A stretch of 46,771 nt of DNA. Source: a bacterium. GTDB taxonomy: Bacteria; Electryoneota; AABM5-125-24; Hatepunaeales; Hatepunaeaceae. Shown here one piece after another: positions 8,271 through 18,400 of the stretch. The notes beneath the pieces are model-generated. The model searched no databases and was not told the origin of the DNA. It worked only from the letters and a program-made list of their open reading frames with translations. Where the stretch lies: assembly GCA_013202285.1 (NCBI GenBank), contig JABMRV010000057.1, forward strand, positions 1-46,771. Reading direction: 5' to 3'. The position numbers and the translations under genes are program-made. Each line of letters opens with the position of its first letter. The first letter of the stretch is position 1.

Positions 8271-9518
8271 TTATTGTTCCTCATCATCCTGCTGCTTCCT
8301 TTTCAATTCCTCTTTCATCTCATTTATTTTCTTATACGCCTCTTTCATCGTGTCGGTGAGGACATCAATATCGACCGGTTTATGAAGATAAGCAAACGCA
8401 CCCAGCTCCTCAGCCAGAGCCTGCTCACGTTCCGAACCGTGTCCGGTCAGAATGATAACTTCAATATTGGGATGCTCCCGTTTTACTCTCTTCAGCACTT
8501 CCAACCCATCGATACCGGGCATCTTGAGATCCAGAACCATAACTTCAGGTTCGTCCTGCTTAACGGATTCGAGCGCCTGCTCGCCGTCATACACGATTGA
8601 AGATCCAAGATTGCGCGCTTCCAGTCGTTCGGACAATGTATGAACAAATTCCTTCTCATCATCCACTAACAGTATCTTTGAGGGCATTGATAGTTTCTCA
8701 GATGGTATAATGGGAGGTGGTGTGAATTTCGGACCTATTCGAGTACGGATTTCCCTGACGCCATTTACACTCGAAGCGATCTGTTTCAGTTTCTTCCTAT
8801 ACTGCTCCAACCGGAGGACATATTTATTGATCTTTATGGTGATGAGACCATCAATTGCTGTAACTTCCTCATCAAGTCCGGCTTCCACGAGCGAGAGGTT
8901 AACCGCAGTAGCTAACTTGAAATCTTCGGCAGCCTTTTGGGATTCCGGAGTCGTCATCACTGCGTCTTTCCCAGCGTTTTCACAAATAATATCGACTGCT
9001 TCAGCAACGGATGTATCCTGCATGGGAATAATAATATCAAACAAGCTCTCATCGTAAGGTGATTTTTCATACAGGAACTTAGTCCATGCACCCAGTTCCA
9101 TATCATCCTTGCGAATGATTTTCTGCGCTTCTTTTTCCGACTTGTTTTCAACACTCATCAAACGGCTAACGCGATAGTTGAAATTGGCGATAACACACAC
9201 CCGCATTACGTATGTCACGGTTCGTGGTATGAGAAGTCCTGCAAAGTCGTGCAGCAGTTGATTGTCTTGTGTAACAAGTTCGGCGAGTACTACTTTAAGA
9301 TATGCAATATTCTTCTCTCGCTCTCTGGTTATTTTGTTCATAAGGGGAATACGACCAGCCATAGTGCTAATGAGCTTTTCAGCGGATACTCCATATCGCC
9401 GTAATACCTCGGTGAATAGTTTCTCATCCAGACGGTTGAGATTCAGTCTTTCAGCAACTTGCTGGACAATCTCATCACCACCACAGTATGATCCGCTGAA
9501 TACCGTGACGACAGCCAT
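8271..9518 (-). CDS. Hybrid response regulator: N-terminal cytidylate-kinase-like (Cytidylate_kin2-type) domain fused to a C-terminal receiver
   Basis: The N-terminus MAVVTVFSGSYCGGDEIVQQVAERLNL resembles the cytidylate-kinase-like family start, with a degenerate P-loop (no GK[ST]). The C-terminus KILLVDDEKEF...VMVLDLKMPGIDG...ILTGHG...AYLHKPVD is a receiver, followed by a charged coiled tail. It is the first gene of the operon. Confidence 0.8.
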   Translation of the reverse strand: MAVVTVFSGSYCGGDEIVQQVAERLNLNRLDEKLFTEVLRRYGVSAEKLISTMAGRIPLMNKITREREKNIAYLKVVLAELVTQDNQLLHDFAGLLIPRTVTYVMRVCVIANFNYRVSRLMSVENKSEKEAQKIIRKDDMELGAWTKFLYEKSPYDESLFDIIIPMQDTSVAEAVDIICENAGKDAVMTTPESQKAAEDFKLATAVNLSLVEAGLDEEVTAIDGLITIKINKYVLRLEQYRKKLKQIASSVNGVREIRTRIGPKFTPPPIIPSEKLSMPSKILLVDDEKEFVHTLSERLEARNLGSSIVYDGEQALESVKQDEPEVMVLDLKMPGIDGLEVLKRVKREHPNIEVIILTGHGSEREQALAEELGAFAYLHKPVDIDVLTDTMKEAYKKINEMKEELKRKQQDDEEQ

Positions 9519-9562
9519 TTTCGTTTCCTTTATATGTTGATGTAAGTCGAATTTTCAAGGTT

Positions 9563-9591
9563 AATATATATATACTGTGAACCTTATGCAA
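9563..9591 (-). promoter_or_regulatory. Sigma-70-like promoter candidate for the phosphorelay operon
   Basis: The reverse strand reads TTGCAT (9591..9586), a 17-nt spacer, then TATATT (9568..9563), about 45 nt upstream of the ATG at 9518 in an AT-rich divergent intergenic region. Confidence 0.3.
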
Positions 9592-9797
9592 GTTAGCGTT
9601 ATCGTTACTTAGGTAATAACTGTTCAAATCAACCATAGCATTCTTGAGCGGCACTGTATAGGATGTTTGAGTTCAAGCGGAGTAAGGTGGCATCTGATTT
9701 GTTCAATCTCCGGAGTATAGGTTTGCTTGACTTGACTGCCTGCCTGTTATCGACTATCTTCTAACGGTAATTTACGTTAGTTCACTTTTACTGTATT

Positions 9798-12011
9798 GTG
9801 GCAGACAAACTTAATTCGATAAACGAAAACTCCGGCAAGAACAGACTCTTTTCCAGGCTGGTTGCCGGTTTATTCCCGTTCACAAGGTGGTTTGAGCATT
9901 ATTCCAAAGCAACCTTCAGGGCGGATTTTATTTCGGGACTGACAGTTGCATTAGTCTTGATTCCACAATCGATGGCTTATGCGCAGTTAGCTGGTTTACC
10001 TTCGTATTACGGGCTTTACGCAGCCTTCCTACCGCCGATTGTCGCCGCTATGTTCGGGTCGAGCCACCAGTTGGCGACCGGACCGGTTGCCGTCGTATCG
10101 TTAATGACCGCTACCGCATTAGAACCCCTCGCTACTTCCGGAAGTGAAGCCTATATAGCGTATGCAATACTCCTCGCCCTTTCTGTTGGCGTGTTCCAGT
10201 TCCTTCTTGGTATCCTGAGACTGGGCTTGGTGGTGAACTTCCTGTCACATCCGGTAGTCAACGGCTTTACAAATGCAGCGGCTCTGATAATCGCCACCTC
10301 GCAGCTTTCCAAGCTGTTCGGCGTCGATGTGGATAAGGCAGTACACCACTATGAAACAGTTATCAACGTTATTAAAGCCGCGCTTGAATCTACTCACTTG
10401 CCAACACTATTGCTTGCAGCACTGGCGTTCGCCATTATGTACGGTTTGAAGAAGCTGAATCCGAGAATCCCCAACGTTCTCGTCGCAGTGGGAGTAACTA
10501 CTGTTATCTCGTGGGCGGTTGGATTTGAGCATAACTATGTTGCTGATATTTCAAGTATTCATTCAGAGAACACCCGACAGGCAATCAGGACATTAAACAC
10601 GAGCTTGACGCAATTAGATTCGATAGTCCAGCATAAAGTCGAAATAAAGAACCTGAGGAATAAAGCTGTCAAGAAGAATGGTGATCACTCAGAAGAAATT
10701 ATAAATCTTCGTTACAAGATATCGATCTGTAACCTGAAAATTGCGGAACTGAAAGAGAAGGCAAGCGCTATTCGTACTCAACTTCGAGCCTGTCGTTTCC
10801 GAGCAGTTGATCCCGCAACTGCGGGAGGAACGACGACTCTGGACTTCTATTCTACCGGTGAGTTACCTTCGGGATTGAAGGATGATGGACGCCGGTGGCG
10901 GTTAAAAATCGGTCATGGACAAGTTGATGAAACCGGCATTACTCTAATCGGTGGTGGCGCCGTCGTTGGCAATATCCCAAGCGGTCTGCCTTCGATAGCA
11001 ATACCGAAGATCGATCTCGGAATCCTTACCGATCTCATCAGTATGGTTATTATAATATCGATCCTCGGTTTCATGGAGGCGATCTCGATCGCCAAAGCTA
11101 TGGCAGCCAGAACCGGACAGCGTCTCGATCCAAACCAGGAATTGATCGGTCAGGGATTGGCAAACATCGTTGGATCATTCGGTCAGAGTTATGCCTGCTC
11201 AGGTTCATTTTCAAGATCTGCCGTAAATTTGGGCGCAGGCGCTCTGACCGGTATGTCAAGCGTCTTCAGCAGTATGATTGTGGTGATTACGCTCTTATTC
11301 CTGACGCCGCTTCTCTATCACCTTCCGCAGTCAGTACTTGCGGCAGTCATTATGATGGCGGTGATCGGGTTATTGAATGTGAAGGGATTTATTCATGCCT
11401 GGCAAGCGCAGAAGTACGATGGAGTGATTGCCATAACCAGTTTTGTCTTTACCATTGCCTTTGCGCCTCACCTCGACAAGGGTTTAATGATCGGAGTGTT
11501 GTTGTCGTTGGGACATTATCTCTTCCGCAACATCAGACCGGATATTGCTCTTCTATCAAAGTTTAGCGACGGTACATTCCGAAGCATCAAACATTGGGGC
11601 TTGAAACAATGCAAACACATTGGCGTAATACGCTTCAACAGCGCCCTCATATTCGCGAATGTGAGTTTTCTCGAAGAACAGATCCTCGAATTGGAAGCAA
11701 GTATGCCGGAATTGAAGCATATCCTGATTGTTTGCAACGGGATAAATGAAATCGATGCTTCAGGAGAAGATATGTTGTCGCTGATTGTTGGACGAATGCG
11801 CGAAGCAGGATACGATGTATCACTGACCGGTTTGAACGACAATGTAAGGGCTGTGCTGAAGCGAACACACCTCTATGAAAAAATCGGCGAAGAACATCTC
11901 TACGGTAATGTCGCCAATGCAGTAATGAATATTCACGCCCAGACGCATCAAGTATCCGACGAGGCATCCTGTCCTTTGATTGAAGTCTGCTTTGAGGGTG
12001 ATGCGGAATAA
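9798..12011 (+). CDS. SulP-family anion transporter with a C-terminal STAS domain and an atypical internal coiled-coil insertion
   Basis: GTG start. FRADFISGLTVALVLIPQSMAYAQLAGLP and VVGNIPSGLPS are SulP core motifs, and there are multiple hydrophobic helices. The C-terminal HIGVIRFNSALIFANVSFLEE...ILIVCNGINEIDASGEDML...GYDVSLTGLNDNVRAVLKR has the STAS pattern. At 737 aa it is longer than the usual roughly 500-600 aa. Confidence 0.9.
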   Translation: MADKLNSINENSGKNRLFSRLVAGLFPFTRWFEHYSKATFRADFISGLTVALVLIPQSMAYAQLAGLPSYYGLYAAFLPPIVAAMFGSSHQLATGPVAVVSLMTATALEPLATSGSEAYIAYAILLALSVGVFQFLLGILRLGLVVNFLSHPVVNGFTNAAALIIATSQLSKLFGVDVDKAVHHYETVINVIKAALESTHLPTLLLAALAFAIMYGLKKLNPRIPNVLVAVGVTTVISWAVGFEHNYVADISSIHSENTRQAIRTLNTSLTQLDSIVQHKVEIKNLRNKAVKKNGDHSEEIINLRYKISICNLKIAELKEKASAIRTQLRACRFRAVDPATAGGTTTLDFYSTGELPSGLKDDGRRWRLKIGHGQVDETGITLIGGGAVVGNIPSGLPSIAIPKIDLGILTDLISMVIIISILGFMEAISIAKAMAARTGQRLDPNQELIGQGLANIVGSFGQSYACSGSFSRSAVNLGAGALTGMSSVFSSMIVVITLLFLTPLLYHLPQSVLAAVIMMAVIGLLNVKGFIHAWQAQKYDGVIAITSFVFTIAFAPHLDKGLMIGVLLSLGHYLFRNIRPDIALLSKFSDGTFRSIKHWGLKQCKHIGVIRFNSALIFANVSFLEEQILELEASMPELKHILIVCNGINEIDASGEDMLSLIVGRMREAGYDVSLTGLNDNVRAVLKRTHLYEKIGEEHLYGNVANAVMNIHAQTHQVSDEASCPLIEVCFEGDAE

Positions 12012-12370
12012 ATAAGAGTAACTCCCCGTTGTCAGACGCCATCGTTGATAGCAATATCTCATCGTGCTGCTGTATTTGACCAATCAAATCTCATTATTAA
12101 AACAACAGAACTTTTTTACAATTTCTGTCCGTATAACATCCTATAGGTTCTGCTTGTTCCACAAGAACGTGCCTCAGTACGGAGGAAAAACCTGTTGTTT
12201 TATGCCGTTTTTTTCCGTATATTCCACACTTTAACAGAATCCATGTCTGATTCAAAATTCAGTTGTTATTTTTCATAGAGTAAAATTAAGTATCAGAAGG
12301 GCTTCCCTCTCCAGCTTTCCTCGTTGAAGTTCCAGCCTTTCTTTCCGTCATCAATCAATAGGATCTGGTC

Positions 12371-12454
12371 ATGAAAAGATCAACAATCATTTCCCCGTGT
12401 TGTCTCTGTGCGGTATTGCTGCTAATAATAACGGCTCCGATTTTAGTCCGGGCT
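12371..12454 (+). other. Sec signal peptide of the giant protein
   Basis: Basic N-terminus (KR), hydrophobic core CAVLLLIITAPIL, and VRA/E cleavage-site pattern. Confidence 0.75.
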
Positions 12455-15400
12455 GAAATCCAGACCACTCCCAAGAGCAGTCATATTTCACCCGCGGATG
12501 AGACTTATTATCAGGAGGTAATACAACCGGCGAAAGCGAGGGGATTACTGACCGAAGCGCAGAATGCTTTCCTTAAACAATACAAGGCTCAACAACGAGC
12601 CGTAGCGAGTCGTATCGTCGATTTCCAGCCTCCATCCCGTGACAATCAGGGTGGACCTGACGAGTCGGGTTACGAATGGCGGGACAGTTACGAGAGACAT
12701 GGTCCGACATACGGCTGGATCGATGTCAGCGGATTCGACGGCGTAATCGACATCGGAATGGGTGACGACACAAACCACGGACCGTTCGACCTCGGCTTCG
12801 ATTTCGTGTATTACGGCGAGACTTTCAACTCAATTCGGATGTGCTCGAACGGCTGGGCATCCTTCACATACGACGGTAGTGACTATCGGTGGACCAATTA
12901 CAACGGATTCCCTGGTGAAGGGGCTCCTGCGAATTTTTTCGCGGTCTGCTATATGGATTATGACCCTGAACTCGGCGGCGGCAGCTACTATTACTGGTCG
13001 GACGAGAATATGGCGGTTCTGACCTGGGAGAACATCCCCTATATCGGCGATGAGAACCTGCGCTGGAGCTACCAGATGATCCTGACCCCGGACGGAATGA
13101 TAACGTACCAGTATGCACAGGTCAGCGGACCGGAAGATGAGATTCTCGTCGGTTTTCAGAATGCCGACGGCAGTCTGGGATTCGCAATTGCGATGGGACA
13201 GCAAGGCTACCTCGAAAATGGACTGGCGATTGGTATCTCGGACAACTGGGTCGATGAGAGGGATGTGAGTGAGGTGGGGTATTTTGATACAGATGGGATT
13301 TCATATCATGTCGCTGTTGCTGGAAACTATTCCTTTATAGCAGATGGTGAAAGTGGTCTTAGAATAATTGACATATCTAACCCTGAGAATCCCGACGAAT
13401 TAAGTTCCATAAATACACCAGATGTTGCTCGTGATGTTGCGGTTCTCAACAACTATGCTTATGTGGCAGATTTTAGTAGTCTTCGAATCGTTGACATTTC
13501 TGATCCGGCGAATCCATCTGAGGTTGGATCATACGATACACCAGGAAATGCTATGAGCGTTTCTGTTCGTGGAAATTACGTTTACGTTGCAGACCTCGAA
13601 AGCGGTCTTCGTATAATTGATGTATCCGATCCTGAAAATCCTGATGAAATTGGGTTTTTTGATACCCCTGATAGGGCGTGGGGTGTCACTGTGATAAATC
13701 ATTACGCATATGTGGCAGATGATCAGAGTGGACTTAGGGTGATTGACATTTCAGATCCGGAGAATCCGAGTGAGGTAGGCTCTTACAACACCCTAGGAAA
13801 TGCTGGTGATGTCATAGTTGTTGGTGATTTTGCCTATGTGGCTGATGGCAGAAGTGGTTTACATGTAATTGATATTTCTGACTCTCAAAATCCGAGCCTG
13901 ATAGGAACATATGATACACCAGGTGGAGCTGGTGATGTTACTGTCATCGGAAACTATGCTTATGTTGCTGATGATCAAAATGGTCTATGTGTAATTGACA
14001 TTTCTGATCCGAACAATATGGAGGAGGCTGATGCTTACGATACACCGGGAAATTCATGGGGTGTTTTTGTAATCGACGATTATGCCTACGTTGCAGATCA
14101 GGAAAGCGGTCTCCGCATCCTCGACGTATCGGACTTCGAGAAGCCGGACATGGCGTTGTCAACTAACCAATTGGACTTCGGTGAGGAGTGGGTCGGTTAC
14201 AGCGATGACATGATCATCGAAATCCGGAACAACGGCGACGCCGACCTGACCGTATCGGACGTTCATGTTGGGGCGGTCGGCTTCAGTACCGATTTTAACG
14301 GCTGGTTTGTTGTCGAACCGGATGGTGTTCATCAACTGACCGTCACTTTTGCGCCCGAAGGAACGGGCAATTTGGGGGGGGGGCTGACTATTATTTCGGA
14401 TAATCCCGGCTGGATAGAACAGGGCATGGTCGATTTGAACGGCATCGGCAGGGACAACCCGCCGGTGATGGTCGTTAATCCGGACGCTATCAGCACGGAT
14501 ATCAATATACCGGACAGCGAAGAGCACACGTTGACGATTTCCAATGGCGGTAGTTCGGTCCTTGAATTCGAGATCTTTCACAGGACAACCAGCAGACCTG
14601 CACGCGATGAAAATGTCCGTACATTACGCAGTATCACCTCCTCTAATTCACCCCTCCGAAACCCAGGGGAAGTAATCGATCTTTCCACTCCTGAAAACAT
14701 GGATGTGAGCGAGGTCGGTGCTCCACGTCGAGACCAGTTGGAACCGGGTTTCCTTGGTCGATACTACCACACCCAGGCAGATGCCAGTCCGCCGTTCCCG
14801 GGAGAGCTGATCATGGAGCGCATCGATGATCTGATCAACTTCGACTGGGGCGATGGCGGTCCTGGCGGCGGCGTGAGGAATGACAACTTCGGCGCACGTT
14901 GGACAGCCTTGTTCACTGTTGAGGAAGCCGGAGAATACACCTTCCGGGTAACCTCCGATGACGGTCAGAGGCTATATATCGACGGACAGCGGATCATCGA
15001 CAACTGGGTTGACCATGGCATGGAGAATCACGACATGGCACTCGACCTCGAACAGGGCGACCACGAGATTACGTATGAGTTCTACGAGAACAGTGGAGGT
15101 GCCGGGGCTCAGCTCCGCTGGATGCCTCCCGGGGAGGGTCAGTTCGAATTCATGCAGGGCTTCCCGTTTATCCCGTGGCTTACATGCGACCCAAACGAAG
15201 GCACCATCGAGGCTAATCAACAGATGGATATAACCGTAACCCTGATAACCGATGATCTTATCGAAGGCAGATATGAAGCAGATATCATTTTCCAGTCGAA
15301 CGATCCGCGATATGAAGAACAAGGTTTCCGCGTTCCTGTGGTGTTAAATACCACCGGTACAGCTCAGATTGAAACTGCTTGGGAACCCGGTTACTTTCAG

Positions 15401-18400
15401 GATCCACCTGTTGTCAATTATAACGTGCAATATGATCCTGAACTATATACGGGTTTCCCCTACCGGATACCGGTCACCATCAGCAATACAGGTAGCGCAG
15501 ACCTTGAAATATCCGGAATTGCATCCGATGAAGATGCCAATCCTGTATTCACTGCAGAACCCACTCAACTGACTATACCACCCGATAGACAGGAAGTTGT
15601 GGACTTCATCTTTAATGCTCCTTTGGATGCACCGGGTGAATACATTGCTGATATGATAATCAGTTCAAATGATGCTGATGAAGTCGATCGGGAATTACAT
15701 ATTCCGGTTTACGCCCAACCTCTCGCCGCTCCTGTAATCACGGTTAACCCAAACAGTATCGAAACAACTATTGACATTCCAAATGAGGAAGTACACACCC
15801 TGACAGTCACCAACGATGGAGGAGTAGGACTTGATTTTCTGATCGAACATACAATAATCCGTGAGCCGGATCGTGATGCGGCGACGCGGGGGTTGCGTAG
15901 AGTTGATCGAAAGAATGTGCCGCAGCGTGATAATCCGGGAGATGAGCTGCGGTCATACAACGTACCATACAATAGTACTTCAGGTCTGGCATGGGACGGT
16001 GAACTGATGTGGGGAAGCGCGTACAGCTCACAGAGGCTGTATGCCCTTGATCCTGAGAATGGTCAGGTTGTTTATGACGTGGCGGTAGGATATTCTCCTC
16101 TGGCGATGACCTTCGACGGCGAACTGCTCTGGGTTGGAGTCTGGCCGGGAAGCAATGTCCGGCTTTATGACCTCGAAGGCAACCAGGTTGAATCGATCAA
16201 CATGCCCTCCTCACCGGTTCACGGTCTGGCTTCAGACCTCGAGAATTACGTATTCCTCAATTCAAACCACACGATTCGGGTCCTCACAATTGACAATCGA
16301 CAGCAGGTCGGTTCCTTTAATCCCAGCGGGGCGATGGCGAATCAGGATTTCTGGAATATTCTGTGGGTGCCCGAGCATCCCGACGGACAACTCTGGGGAC
16401 TGTATCAAAACCGGATGTACCAGGCTTTCGTTGACGAAGATAACAACTGGGCATCCCAGGCTGTTCAGAATTTCGGCATCCGCACAGAATATCAACATGA
16501 CGGTATTGCTCACGATGGTGAAAACATATGGTACGGCATGTGGAGTCCGACAACATGGTATGTGATTGATGATGGTGTTGAAGAATTACGCTGGCTTACT
16601 TACGAGCCGACTGAAGGTTCGCTCGGTTCTGATGAAAGTATGGACATTACCGTTACACTCAATACTGAGGGACTGATCCAGGGCATCTATGAAGCTGACA
16701 TGATCTTCCGGTCCAACGATCCGCAGTATAACGAAGAAGGACTGATTGTTAACGTCCTGATGAGCACTGTTGGAGAGGTGCAAATAGATGTGAGCTGGGA
16801 ACCCGGCTTCGGTGACAATCCACCGGTGGTGGATTTCAACCAGCAGTTTGATCCGGGTTTGTTCACCGGCATCGAGTACCGAATCCCTGTCTTGATTGCC
16901 AATACAGGTAACGCCCACCTGGAGATTACCAACATTGCATCTGACGAACAGGGAGAACCTGTTTTCACCGCTGCTCCCACCGAGTTGATCATCCCGCCCG
17001 ATGGTGAGGAAGTCGTCGAGTTCATCTTCGCCGCACCTCTCAATTCGCCGGACAACTACAACTTCGACATGATAATCTATTGTAACGACATTGACCAGGC
17101 TGACCAGGAGTATCATATCGGTCTGCATGCTGAAGTTGATCTGCCCCCGGTAATAACCGTAACCCCGGATTTGATCGAGGATGAGCTGATCACCGGTGAA
17201 TCGGCACAGCATCAGGTAACACTCGGTAACGACGGTCCATCGACGCTCTGGTACACCAGCGATGCTGTAGTTACCGATCAGCCCGGGAGGGATGTCAATG
17301 AGCGCACTTTGCGGGAGGTTAAACTTACGGGACCGCGCCGTGACAACCTGGGTGATCAGATTGCCACGTTCACCTGGAATCGTGCTCCGGTCAATTATTA
17401 CAAGGCTGGCGCTTCCTATGACCCGGAGACCGGTCGGATGTGGGTTTCAACTTACATCCCCAACTGGCTGGGCGCCATAACCTTTGATGAAGAATACCAG
17501 GAGTTCACTGAGGATGTTCAATCCTGGCAACCCGGTGCACAGAATCCGATGAACATCGCCTGGCTGGACGGCGTTCTATATGTCGTTGCCTGGTCGAACC
17601 AGTGGATCGGCAGGTGGGACGCCGACCGCACCAACCTCGGCAATCTCGACATGCCGCGACATCCAACCGCTATAACGTCCAGCCAGGAAAATGGCTGGTT
17701 AATAACAATTTCTGATGCGGATTGGAACAATCTGAACTTCTATACAGTAAATGGAGACCAGGTGAGCGAGATCCATCGCGTCAACTGGCGGCAGGGACCG
17801 ACAGCCAATCAGCTCAGTCGTGGAATTGGCTGGGTTGACAAACACGATGAAGGTCAGATCTGGATTAACACTCTCAATCACATCTACCAGATGTATGTTG
17901 ACACTGAAAACTGGGATCAGACTGCCACGCATGTCTCCGACTTCGCCTGGAATAACGGCAATCACCAATGGGCTGGAGTGGGTCATGATCGTTTCAACCT
18001 TTGGCTGGGAGCTTACGGACAGCCAAACTGGATTATATATGACGACGGCATTATGGAGCTCTACTGGTTTGACTGGGATCCGCAGGAGGGCTCTATCGAG
18101 CTGGACGGTGAGGAGATCATAACGATTTTCCTGGATGCGGCTGGATTAAACGAAGGTCTTTATGCGGTCGACCTGCATATTCTCTCGAATGATCCCGATA
18201 GTTCCGACGTGGTGGTTCCCGTTTCGATGAATGTGATCGGGATGGCACATATTGATGCGGTATGGGCGCCAGGATTCGATCAGGATCCCTCGGTCGTCGA
18301 TTATAACGTCATGTTCGATCCGAATCTGTTCACCGGTTCGGAATACAGGATTCCCGTTACCATCTTGAATCTGGGAACGGCGAGGCTGGACATATCCGAT

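Noticed and set aside
5999-9540. Plus-strand ORFs inside the phosphorelay operon (6040..6516, 6051..6263, 7359..8073 group, 8190..8600, 8452..8643, 8710..9057, 9262..9540) and minus-strand 8957..9154.
   Set aside because: They are antisense or off-frame to well-supported kinase and receiver genes and have no motifs of their own.
12012-12370. Promoter or attenuator features in the 359-nt region upstream of the giant gene: TTGACC-16 nt-TAAAAC near 12076, TTCAGT-17 nt-TAAAAT near 12258, and an imperfect hairpin TACGGAGGAAAA...TTTTTTTCCGTA around 12178..12222.
   Set aside because: Neither promoter candidate is clearly better than background in this AT-rich spacer. The hairpin needs G-U pairs, has a loop of about 18 nt and lacks a following T-run. 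Transcript mapping is needed before any of these can be called.
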